64,000 nucleotides of DNA, from positions 1 to 64,000 of IMG/VR virus record IMGVR_UViG_3300036780_000119; one strand, 5' to 3'. Positions 35,320 to 43,245 of the stretch are shown piece after piece. The notes below the pieces were generated by a model that made no database searches, was not told the origin of the DNA, and saw nothing but the letters and a program-made list of their open reading frames with translations. This stretch comes from a virus. Position 1 is the first letter of the stretch; the number at the start of each line of letters is the position of its first letter. Made by a program: the position numbers and the translations under genes.

Positions 35320-35333
35320 ACCCGGGGGGAGGG

Positions 35334-35615
35334 TTACCGGGTGCTGGTGGCCTGGATGAGGAGCTGCTGCGCGCGGGCGGCGACGGCTTTCGCGGTGCCG
35401 GTGAGCTTGGCCACGGCCGGTTCGGCGTGCGGGTCTACCGCACTGACCAGCTGGTCGGTGAGGGATGCGAGGTCGGCGGCCTGCTGGGCGTGTTCATGGG
35501 TGGCTGCTTCGAGGGCGGTGAGCCGGTCTTTGGCCGCGCTGATCTCGGGCCAGAGGTCTTTCTCGAACCATTCCCGCAGGTGGTCGGGCACGTTTTCCAG
35601 GTCAAACACGGGCAA
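35334..35615 (-). CDS. Hypothetical protein, lysis region
   Basis: GAGG RBS, helical. Confidence 0.6.
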   Translation of the reverse strand: MPVFDLENVPDHLREWFEKDLWPEISAAKDRLTALEAATHEHAQQAADLASLTDQLVSAVDPHAEPAVAKLTGTAKAVAARAQQLLIQATSTR

Positions 35616-35639
35616 TTCCTCTCCTGCCGGGGACGGCGT

Positions 35640-36227
35640 TCACTGCTTGCCTGCTGGGGGCGGCGCGAGCTTCCACATCTGGCGGTCGTTCCACCGCCAC
35701 CAGTCGGCCGGCTCGCACTGCCGTTCGGTGTCCATCGATGGATGCGGCCAGTCAGCGATCTCGTACAGGTTCGCCGCGAGTGAACTGCACACCAGGTGAC
35801 CTGGCAGCAGCATCCTGTTCGCAGGCCACGCCCACAGGCGATTGACGAGGCCTGCCAGGTCGTGCAGGTGCAGGGCGTCCAGGCCGTCCTCCGCGATGCC
35901 GGCCCAGTCGTAGCCGATGCCGAGCGACTTGGCGCACGACGCCAGGAACACAGTCATCTCCGGTGACCCGGCGGCAGGTTTGGGCTGGCCATGGTTGGAT
36001 CGCGTGACCGGCGCGGACAGATACGGGGTGCAGTCGGCCAGGGCGACACCGCCGGGCTGTCCCTGGATGCCGATCCACCGGCCCACCCGGTCCTGGTGGG
36101 TGACGATGACGACGTGGTCGACGGGGCAGGCCAGGCCGCGGAGCCGTTCCCCGGCCTCGATCAGCTGCCGGGCCCACCACGGCCCGGCGGAGACGGCGAG
36201 CACGTCCCCGGGGGCTGCGGGCAGCAT
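35640..36227 (-). CDS. Permuted NlpC/P60 (YaeF/YiiX-like) protein
   Basis: PGDVL, HVVIV, GIGYD, LVCSSLAA.LY (His before Cys). Confidence 0.7.
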   Translation of the reverse strand: MLPAAPGDVLAVSAGPWWARQLIEAGERLRGLACPVDHVVIVTHQDRVGRWIGIQGQPGGVALADCTPYLSAPVTRSNHGQPKPAAGSPEMTVFLASCAKSLGIGYDWAGIAEDGLDALHLHDLAGLVNRLWAWPANRMLLPGHLVCSSLAANLYEIADWPHPSMDTERQCEPADWWRWNDRQMWKLAPPPAGKQ

Positions 36228-36229
36228 GG

Positions 36230-37048
36230 TCACTGGGCGGGCGGGTTGAACCGGACGGCCAGCCGCGGGCCGCCGCCGCTGGTGATGTCGAGGCGGGCTT
36301 TCTTGATCCCTTTGGGGACTTTGAGGGAGGGTTCGCTGCCGGCGGCGCCCCAGGAGACGGGCACGTCGACGGGCTTGTTGCCTTCGTCTAGCCAGGTGAC
36401 CCGGACCTGCGTGGGGGTGCCCTGGGTGGCGACGCTGAGCAGGTCCATCGTCGGGGTGCCGTAGGGCAGCAGCAGCGGATGCGATTTGACGGTCGTGTCG
36501 AGCTCGATCACAGGATCCTCCAGAACCGGGACAGGCGCAGGCGGCGGCGGTGCGGGCGGCGGGGTGGTGGTGAAGAAGTCCGCAGTGAGGAGCGACTGGT
36601 CGAGGGTGCGGCCGAGCGCGGTGCTGGTCCACTGGGTGCCGTCGGCTTGCGGGTAGCCGCAGCCGGTGCCGCAGATGTGCTCGCCGAGACCGTAGTGGGC
36701 GGTCCACAGCCGGTATTCGCTGCGGGCGTAACCGTTGGCGGTCATGGTGGCGATGAGGTCGGCGGCCAGGCCGGCGCTGATGTAGAGGACGGGCCGGTGC
36801 AGGCCGCGCTGCCGCTGGCGGGTGAACCAGCCGTGCACCTGGGCGATGGTGGCGTCGCCGGTTTCCACGTCGAGGCAGTCGGCGTCTTCGCTGGCGGCGA
36901 TGGCGATCGACAGCAGGTGCGCGCCGGGGAACATCCCGGTCAGGGTGACCCAGGTTGGCCACCGGCCACCGACATAGCCGGCGTAGGCGGCGCCGCCGCG
37001 GGGAAGCTGGCCGGGGTTGATGCTGTCCCACATGGTGATACCGGTCAC
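36230..37048 (-). CDS. Endolysin, glycoside-hydrolase (GH25-like) type
   Basis: LDVETGDA, RPVLYIS, LWTAHY, ADGTQW, LDQS; Pro-rich linker. Confidence 0.75.
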   Translation of the reverse strand: MTGITMWDSINPGQLPRGGAAYAGYVGGRWPTWVTLTGMFPGAHLLSIAIAASEDADCLDVETGDATIAQVHGWFTRQRQRGLHRPVLYISAGLAADLIATMTANGYARSEYRLWTAHYGLGEHICGTGCGYPQADGTQWTSTALGRTLDQSLLTADFFTTTPPPAPPPPAPVPVLEDPVIELDTTVKSHPLLLPYGTPTMDLLSVATQGTPTQVRVTWLDEGNKPVDVPVSWGAAGSEPSLKVPKGIKKARLDITSGGGPRLAVRFNPPAQ

Positions 37049-37437
37049 GGCGGCTCCCCTTGCGCGAGGTGGTGGCGGGTTTTCGCCGCGTGGTGGGCGT
37101 GGTGCAGGTCGCGGGCGGTGCGGTGGGGTTCGGGGTGGTGCCGCCAGCAGGCTCGTTCGCCGGCGGCGGTGGTGCGCCGCGCATACCACCAGCAGCCGTC
37201 AACCGCGCATTGGTGGTGCCACCACAGCAGCGCGGCGATCAGGGGCCATTCGAAGACCCGCAGGCCACCTGCGAACCCCGACCACAGGCCATACCAGCCG
37301 CCGGGCTCGTCCCGGTTGCCGAGCAGGATGAAGGTTTCGTTGCGGACCTGCGGCCAGTAGACGACGGCCAGTACCACGGCGGCGAGGATCGCGTTGCCGG
37401 CGGCCAGCCGCAGGGTCAGCCGCACCGTCGCACGCAT
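37045..37437 (-). CDS. Membrane protein, lysis region
   Basis: TM segments; WYGLWSGF, HQCAVDGCW. Confidence 0.6.
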   Translation of the reverse strand: MRATVRLTLRLAAGNAILAAVVLAVVYWPQVRNETFILLGNRDEPGGWYGLWSGFAGGLRVFEWPLIAALLWWHHQCAVDGCWWYARRTTAAGERACWRHHPEPHRTARDLHHAHHAAKTRHHLAQGEPP

Positions 37438-37450
37438 GCCGGTCAGGTGG

Positions 37451-37657
37451 TCAGGGTTTGCGCCATGGCGTGTACGCCCAGGCCAGGTGCAGGGCGGTGA
37501 GCGCCAGCCCGGCCAGGGTGAAATCGGTGACGTAGCTGCCGGCGTGGCCACCGGTGATGTGCAGGATCAGCGCGACAGCGAACGCGGCGACGGCGAGGAC
37601 AGCCCACATGAGCATCACGTTCCTGGTGGCGGGGGATGGGGCCGCCGGCTGGTGCAC
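37451..37657 (-). CDS. Small two-TM protein, holin-like
   Basis: Two TM segments next to the endolysin. Confidence 0.5.
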   Translation of the reverse strand: MHQPAAPSPATRNVMLMWAVLAVAAFAVALILHITGGHAGSYVTDFTLAGLALTALHLAWAYTPWRKP

Positions 37658-37737
37658 CCCCCCTTGCCAGCGGCCGGGGCGGGCGCAGAAGCCGGGTAGG
37701 GGGACCAGCCGGCGGCGGCCTGGTCAGCGGGCGATGT

Positions 37738-38112
37738 TCACTGTTTTCGCAGCCGTTCGGTCGCGGCGGACAGGTTGCTGCCGCGTTTGTGCAGCTGGCG
37801 GCGGACCTGGATGTCCATTCCGCTGTTGATCAGCCAGATGCCCTGCACGACGGTGAACACCACCAGCGCTTCGGGGCCGAGCGTGCCGGCGCCGGGGATC
37901 CGCACCCCGGCGACCGCCACGGCGGCGGCAGTGGTGTAGATGCAGGCGGCCAGGACCCGGCAGGCGGCGGTGCGGACGTACCCGTGGCCGGCGCGGCGCT
38001 CAGCGTCATAGGAGGCGTGCTGGCGCCACAGGTGGGCCAGGGCGGCGGATTGCAGGATGAGGCTGGCGCAGGACACCGCCAGCATCATCAGCAGCAGCGG
38101 GGACGTGTTCAC
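37738..38112 (-). CDS. Membrane protein
   Basis: Three TM segments. Confidence 0.6.
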   Translation of the reverse strand: MNTSPLLLMMLAVSCASLILQSAALAHLWRQHASYDAERRAGHGYVRTAACRVLAACIYTTAAAVAVAGVRIPGAGTLGPEALVVFTVVQGIWLINSGMDIQVRRQLHKRGSNLSAATERLRKQ

Positions 38113-38465
38113 GGGGAGATGTCCCGGCCCCGCAGCAGCCGCTGCAGGCTTTCCACGTCCCGTTCGAGTTCCTCGATGCGTTTGCGGTCGAGCGCCCGTT
38201 CACGTCCGTGCCGGGTTTCCTGCTCGCCCAGCTGCCGTTCGTAGTCCTCACGCATGCGGTCCATTTCGGTGCGCAACCGCTGGATCTCCCTGTCCAGAGC
38301 ACTGTTCAGCTTCGTCCAGGACGCGACGTCGGTGGCGTCGCGGTCGTGCTCGGCGCGGTTCTTGTCCTTGGCGGACTGGCGCCACACCGTCACGATGGCG
38401 GCGGCGGCGCCGATGCCCGCACCGGCCGCGCCGAGCCACGCAGTGAGGTCGACCGGGCTAGCCAT
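38109..38465 (-). CDS. Membrane-anchored coiled-coil protein
   Basis: N-terminal TM plus coiled coil. Confidence 0.65.
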   Translation of the reverse strand: MASPVDLTAWLGAAGAGIGAAAAIVTVWRQSAKDKNRAEHDRDATDVASWTKLNSALDREIQRLRTEMDRMREDYERQLGEQETRHGRERALDRKRIEELERDVESLQRLLRGRDISP

Positions 38466-39021
38466 CGGCGTCGGCGCGCGGCAGGGAGGCGGGCCGGTTG
38501 CGTTCCTTTCCGACCAGGACCCCGGCACGCAGCAGGACGTAGCTGAATATGGCCCAGCTGGTCCAGGTCTCTGGGGTGGTGGCGGAGTTGGTGATCCAGC
38601 GGACGATGAACGCCACGTCCCAGCTGGCGGTGAGCATGACGGCCAGCAGGACCGCGGAGTAGGCCAGCCACGGCGGCCGGGGGCGGAACGCGCCGGCCAG
38701 CAGCAGGACAGCGGACACGCCGAAGAACACGCCCCACGTCCCGGTGGGCATGATGATCAGCAGGTTGTGGTAGGCGGGTGTGCGGTGCCAGCGCTGGGAC
38801 TGGAACGCCAGTGACCAGGAGTAGATGGCGTAGGTGAGTCCCATGACCAGCATGTGTGATCCGGACGCGCCGATGGGGCGCGGGATCTTGCGGGGCAACC
38901 GGGGCACGGTGTTCCCTCTCTGCCGGGAGGATCCGGCTGCCCGCTGCATCGCCACCACGGTTACCAGCGAGATGAACACCGCCGTGACGGTGATCAGCAG
39001 CACGGCGTTACCGCTCATCAC
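38458..39021 (-). CDS. Membrane protein
   Basis: About five TM segments. Confidence 0.65.
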   Translation of the reverse strand: MMSGNAVLLITVTAVFISLVTVVAMQRAAGSSRQRGNTVPRLPRKIPRPIGASGSHMLVMGLTYAIYSWSLAFQSQRWHRTPAYHNLLIIMPTGTWGVFFGVSAVLLLAGAFRPRPPWLAYSAVLLAVMLTASWDVAFIVRWITNSATTPETWTSWAIFSYVLLRAGVLVGKERNRPASLPRADADG

Positions 39022-39457
39022 GGACCCGGTAGGACAGCAGGGCGGCGGTGTACAAGAGGGCGGTCAGGATGACTGGCAGCTGGTCGCCGAGGATGAACGG
39101 CCAGGGCCGCGGCACACCGTCCGCGTAGTGGCCTGCGGCGGTGGCGTGCAGGGCCGCGCCGGCGCTCATCAGCAGCAGGGTCTGCTGCGGCACGAGCAGC
39201 ACCGGCAGCAGCCGGCCGCGGCGGGCCAGCGGGGCCGCCAGTGCGGCGGACGCGCAGGTGACCAGCGCGGCCAGCGCACCCCACCGGCCACCGGACACGG
39301 CCACGACCGCGGACACGGGTGTTGAGTGCATAGCCTCGGGGCTGGCCGCCAGCAGGACGCTCCAGGCGTAGTGCAGGACACACGCGTACCAGACGATGAC
39401 CCGGCCCGGTCTGCGTGCCATCAGGGGAAGGCGGCGGGGCGCAGGTCCAGTCACCAC
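39008..39457 (-). CDS. Membrane protein
   Basis: Four TM segments. Confidence 0.6.
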   Translation of the reverse strand: MVTGPAPRRLPLMARRPGRVIVWYACVLHYAWSVLLAASPEAMHSTPVSAVVAVSGGRWGALAALVTCASAALAAPLARRGRLLPVLLVPQQTLLLMSAGAALHATAAGHYADGVPRPWPFILGDQLPVILTALLYTAALLSYRVRDER

Positions 39458-39478
39458 GCCTCCGCCCGCCGGTCCGGT

Positions 39479-40801
39479 CTAAGGGAAGGTGGCCATCAGC
39501 AGCCCCGGCCGGGCCGGGGCGGATGTCACTTCGACGTCGACCCAGTAGTTCTGCGCCAGCCCATCCACGTACAGGTAGGGGTAGGTGTCGGAGCCGGCGC
39601 CGGACACGGGCTGGTAGAAGGTCGCCTGCCCCGGCTCGGTGATCGTCCCGGAGCTGTTGCTGTACGGCGGCGTGCCGGCGGGATTGCTGCCGTTGAACAG
39701 GTAGGCGGACGACGCGCTGGCCAGGGCGGGTGCGGTGAGCGGCCCGTTGACGAGGTCGGCGTTGGTGTAGCCGTAGCCGAGGGAGAACCCGGCATTGGCC
39801 TGGCCTTGCGGATCCCAGAAGTACAGCGACTTGGCGCCCCACCCGTCTGGGGTGGCGTTGCTGTTGTACACGCTGGCCTTGTACGACCCGGCGGGCAGCG
39901 TCACCCCGCTGAACGTGCAGTACAGCCAGCCCGCCCCGGCCGTGCCCGTGGTGCCGTCCGGGTTCTTCCACGCCGGGGAGCTGGCGGTGGTGGCCTTCGT
40001 GCCGGAGTTAGCCCCGGTGATCGCCCAGATGTCACAGGTGGTGGCGAGCTGCGCGGCACCCGGCGGCGAGTAGTACCACAGCTTGCCCAGCGTGCACGTG
40101 GCGGACAGGTGGAACTCGGTCGCGATCGAGTAGTTGACGGAGGCATCGAACGTGACGGACGGGTTGGCGCACTTCTGGTTGACCTTCGGCCCGAAGATCG
40201 AGTACGGGCCGGTCCAGGTGGACGGCGCGGTGTCGGACACCTGGACGTCGAGCCAGAAGTTGTCCTCACTGGACAGGGACTGCGGGAAGCTGGCGGCCGG
40301 TGCCGCGCCGGACGTGTCGAACGTAACCGGGCCGTTCGCCCACATGTCCTTGTTTGCCGTACCACCGTTCTGAGGAGAGGAGAACCCGACAAGTGGCCCG
40401 TTGATGATCCCGGCCGCGCCCGGCGTGCCAGCGCCGCCCCAGTAGCCGCTAGTGTCGGGGAACCCGTGCGACGGGGTCCACCCAGTCACCGCCATGTAGC
40501 ACTGGCCGAAGCCGAGTTCGACGGGTGTGGCCAGTGCGGTGAAGTTCCACGAGTCCGCGGTCAGCGCCGCAGAGGTGACGGTGCTGTTCGGCACCAGGAC
40601 GCCAGAGCTACTAGCATTCATCTGCCACAGGGCGAACGGCTGCGCGGCGGTGTCTCCACCGGTCGGCACCCACCACCAGTAGCCGGTGAACCACATGCCG
40701 GCCTTGGTCACCTGGAACTGCATCCCCACGCGGAACGGGGTGCTGGTGTAGGCGACGAGCGAGCCGCCGTTGGTGGACGGCCACAGCCGGTAGGTGGTCA
40801 C
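39479..40801 (-). CDS. Minor tail protein with tandem DUF4082-like domains
   Basis: G..F.V.....TG.WW and N(F/Y)W.DV.V repeated twice. Confidence 0.7.
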   Translation of the reverse strand: MTTYRLWPSTNGGSLVAYTSTPFRVGMQFQVTKAGMWFTGYWWWVPTGGDTAAQPFALWQMNASSSGVLVPNSTVTSAALTADSWNFTALATPVELGFGQCYMAVTGWTPSHGFPDTSGYWGGAGTPGAAGIINGPLVGFSSPQNGGTANKDMWANGPVTFDTSGAAPAASFPQSLSSEDNFWLDVQVSDTAPSTWTGPYSIFGPKVNQKCANPSVTFDASVNYSIATEFHLSATCTLGKLWYYSPPGAAQLATTCDIWAITGANSGTKATTASSPAWKNPDGTTGTAGAGWLYCTFSGVTLPAGSYKASVYNSNATPDGWGAKSLYFWDPQGQANAGFSLGYGYTNADLVNGPLTAPALASASSAYLFNGSNPAGTPPYSNSSGTITEPGQATFYQPVSGAGSDTYPYLYVDGLAQNYWVDVEVTSAPARPGLLMATFP

Positions 40802-40802
40802 G

Positions 40803-42734
40803 TCAGTAGCCGAGCCCGCTTCCGAGGTAGCACCATTTGCTGATGCTCGCCACGTACTCGAACGCCGCGATATCGACCTTCCCGGCGGCGGTGGACAGGG
40901 TGGGTGCGGAGGCGGTGCCGAAGTCGTAGGCGGTGCCGTAGGCGAGGGTGAACGAGCCGCCAGTGCCCTGGGTGATACGGAACCGGATCACCTGCCCGTC
41001 CACCGGGTTCGTGGGGTTGGCCAGGGTGCCGGTGGACGCGGTCAGGGTCAGGCTGAACGCGTTGCCCAGCGCGGCGTTGACCGCGATCGTCGTGCCGAAC
41101 GTGAGCGCCACCACGGCCGGGGCCAGCCAGCCCGTCATCGTGCCGCCCGCCTGCGGCAGCGGCGTGGACGCGAACCCCGGGCTGGGGTAGGTGCCGGACA
41201 GGACCCCACCCGCGGCCCCGTTCGGCGGCAGCGCGGTGGGGATCTGGCCGAACGCGGCGGCGTCCTGCGCGCCCGTGCCGTTGACCAGGCCGGTGACCTT
41301 GTGGGAGCCCATCGCGATCGCACCGGACATGGTGCCGCCGGCCTTCTGCAGCGCCAGAGCTTCGGCCGTCTGCGCCCGGCTGGTTTCGGCGGCGACGGCG
41401 GTGGTCACGAACGCGTCGGTGGCGATCTTGGTGGAGTTGTCGGCCGCTGTCTGTGTCGGTGCCGTGGGTGAGCCGGTCAGCGCCGGGGACGCCAGCGGGG
41501 CCAGGAGGGTTTCGGCTGCCTGGGCGCGCGTCTTCTCCGCGCCGGTGGCGCTGTCCGCGTAGGCCGTCGTGGCGAGCTTCGTGGAGTTGTCCAGCGCGGC
41601 TGGTGTCGGCGCGGTTGGTGTGCCTGTCAGCGCCGGGCTTGCCTTGGGTGCGAGCAGGGCTTCCGCCGCCTCAGCCCGCGTGGTCTCGGCACCGATGGCG
41701 GTCGCGTTCGCGCCTTCGGCGGCCTGCGCCCGCGTGGTCTCCACGGTGACGGCGGCGTCGGTGTAGGCGGTGGTGGCGATGGCCGCCGAATCGGTCAGGG
41801 CGCCCTGCGTCGGCGCGGTGGGTGTCCCGGTGAGTGCCGGGCTGGCGAGCGGGGCCAGGAGGGCTTCGGCGGTCTCGGCGCGGCTGGTCTCCGCGGCGGC
41901 GGTCCCGGCGGCGTCGAACGCGGACGTGCTCTGGGTGGCGGCCGTGCCGAGCCCGAGGCTGGTGCGTGCCGTGGCGGCGGACGTGAGGTCGGACAGGTTG
42001 CTGGTTTTCTGCAGTGCAGCCGTCTCGGCCGTCTCGGCGCGGGTGGTTTCGGTGGCCACGGCTGAGGTGGTGAAACCTTCGGCTGCCGTCTGGGCTGCTG
42101 AGGCGGCACCGGCCGCGTCCGCGCCCACGTCGGCTGCGGTGAGTTCCACGGCGCCGGTGTGGCCGTTGACCGAACTGACCGCGCCGCCGCCGCCGGTGGC
42201 TGGCTGCCAGGAGCCGTTGCCGTCGGCGTCTGATGTCCACACGTACCCGGCTGCGGCGCCGGCGGGGATGCGCAGCCCGTTGCCGAGGATCAGCAGCCCG
42301 GACAGGGTGCCGCCGGTCAGTGGCAGGTAGCTGGTCAGGCCGGCGGTGGAGGTGGCCGGGATCAGCTGGGACAGGTCGATGGGGTCGGGGGTGGACGGGA
42401 TTTGGCAGAGGAACCCGTAGTCGGGGACGCCGGTGATCTGGAAGGTGACCTGATACAGCCAGCCGGCCGGGGCCAGGCCGGCCGCGTCGGTTGGGGTGAG
42501 GGTGAGCCCGGCCGTGCCGCCGGCGCCGGTGACCTGGCCGGCCGGGTCAAGCGGGGCGGTGACACCGGCCATCGGGATGACGGTTTCCCCGGCCGGGTCG
42601 GTGATCACGGTGATGACCGGGTCGCCGAAGGAGTCGTAGGTGCCGGTGGCGGGGGTGAGCACGACCTGCCCGGTGGCGGGCTGCTGGGCGGCGTCCAGGA
42701 CGGTGCCGGTCAGCGTCACAGCGGGCAGCGTCAC
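40803..42734 (-). CDS. Tail fiber protein with internal repeats
   Basis: VSSVNGHTGAV; repeated ETTRA..AEALLAPLASPALTGTPTAPT. Confidence 0.8.
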   Translation of the reverse strand: MTLPAVTLTGTVLDAAQQPATGQVVLTPATGTYDSFGDPVITVITDPAGETVIPMAGVTAPLDPAGQVTGAGGTAGLTLTPTDAAGLAPAGWLYQVTFQITGVPDYGFLCQIPSTPDPIDLSQLIPATSTAGLTSYLPLTGGTLSGLLILGNGLRIPAGAAAGYVWTSDADGNGSWQPATGGGGAVSSVNGHTGAVELTAADVGADAAGAASAAQTAAEGFTTSAVATETTRAETAETAALQKTSNLSDLTSAATARTSLGLGTAATQSTSAFDAAGTAAAETSRAETAEALLAPLASPALTGTPTAPTQGALTDSAAIATTAYTDAAVTVETTRAQAAEGANATAIGAETTRAEAAEALLAPKASPALTGTPTAPTPAALDNSTKLATTAYADSATGAEKTRAQAAETLLAPLASPALTGSPTAPTQTAADNSTKIATDAFVTTAVAAETSRAQTAEALALQKAGGTMSGAIAMGSHKVTGLVNGTGAQDAAAFGQIPTALPPNGAAGGVLSGTYPSPGFASTPLPQAGGTMTGWLAPAVVALTFGTTIAVNAALGNAFSLTLTASTGTLANPTNPVDGQVIRFRITQGTGGSFTLAYGTAYDFGTASAPTLSTAAGKVDIAAFEYVASISKWCYLGSGLGY

Positions 42735-42737
42735 CGC

Positions 42738-42863
42738 TTACCCCCTTCCTGACGGCTGCACGAGGTAACTGCCGGTGAGGACGGTGGTTTCGCCGGTGGC
42801 CGGGTCGGTGACGGTGAAGGTGACCTCGCGGCTGGCCGGCGGCGGCGGGGCGAGGACCGGCAC
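42738..42863 (-). CDS. Small tail-associated peptide
   Basis: 41 aa; shares TVTDP.TGET with the upstream gene. Confidence 0.4.
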   Translation of the reverse strand: MPVLAPPPPASREVTFTVTDPATGETTVLTGSYLVQPSGRG

Positions 42864-42867
42864 CGGA

Positions 42868-43188
42868 TCAGGCGGCGGTCGCGGTGAACGTGGCGGTGAA
42901 CACGGTGCCGGCCTGGCTGGAGGTGCCGGCTGACCACTGGATAGGCGCGTCGGTTTCCGACACCGAGGCCTGCAGCGGGTTGGGCACGCCGGTCACGTCG
43001 AAACTGCCGGTGACCGGGCTGGTTTCGCCGGTGCCCGGGTCGGTGACGGTGCCGTCCAGGGTGCGGGTCACCGTTGAGGCGTTCTCGCTGGTGGCGGTGA
43101 GTGTGGCGGTCACCGGGGCGCCGTAGCTGTAGCCGCCGTCCGGCTCATCGAAGGTCAGCTGGGCGTTACCGGGTGCGGTCATGGGCAT
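42868..43188 (-). CDS. Small beta-rich virion protein
   Basis: GGAAGGA RBS, Thr-rich. Confidence 0.65.
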   Translation of the reverse strand: MPMTAPGNAQLTFDEPDGGYSYGAPVTATLTATSENASTVTRTLDGTVTDPGTGETSPVTGSFDVTGVPNPLQASVSETDAPIQWSAGTSSQAGTVFTATFTATAA

Positions 43189-43245
43189 GGTCCTTCCAGG
43201 AAGGGGGGGGGGAAGTGCGGGAGGGTTTGCCTGGTGCCGGTTCTG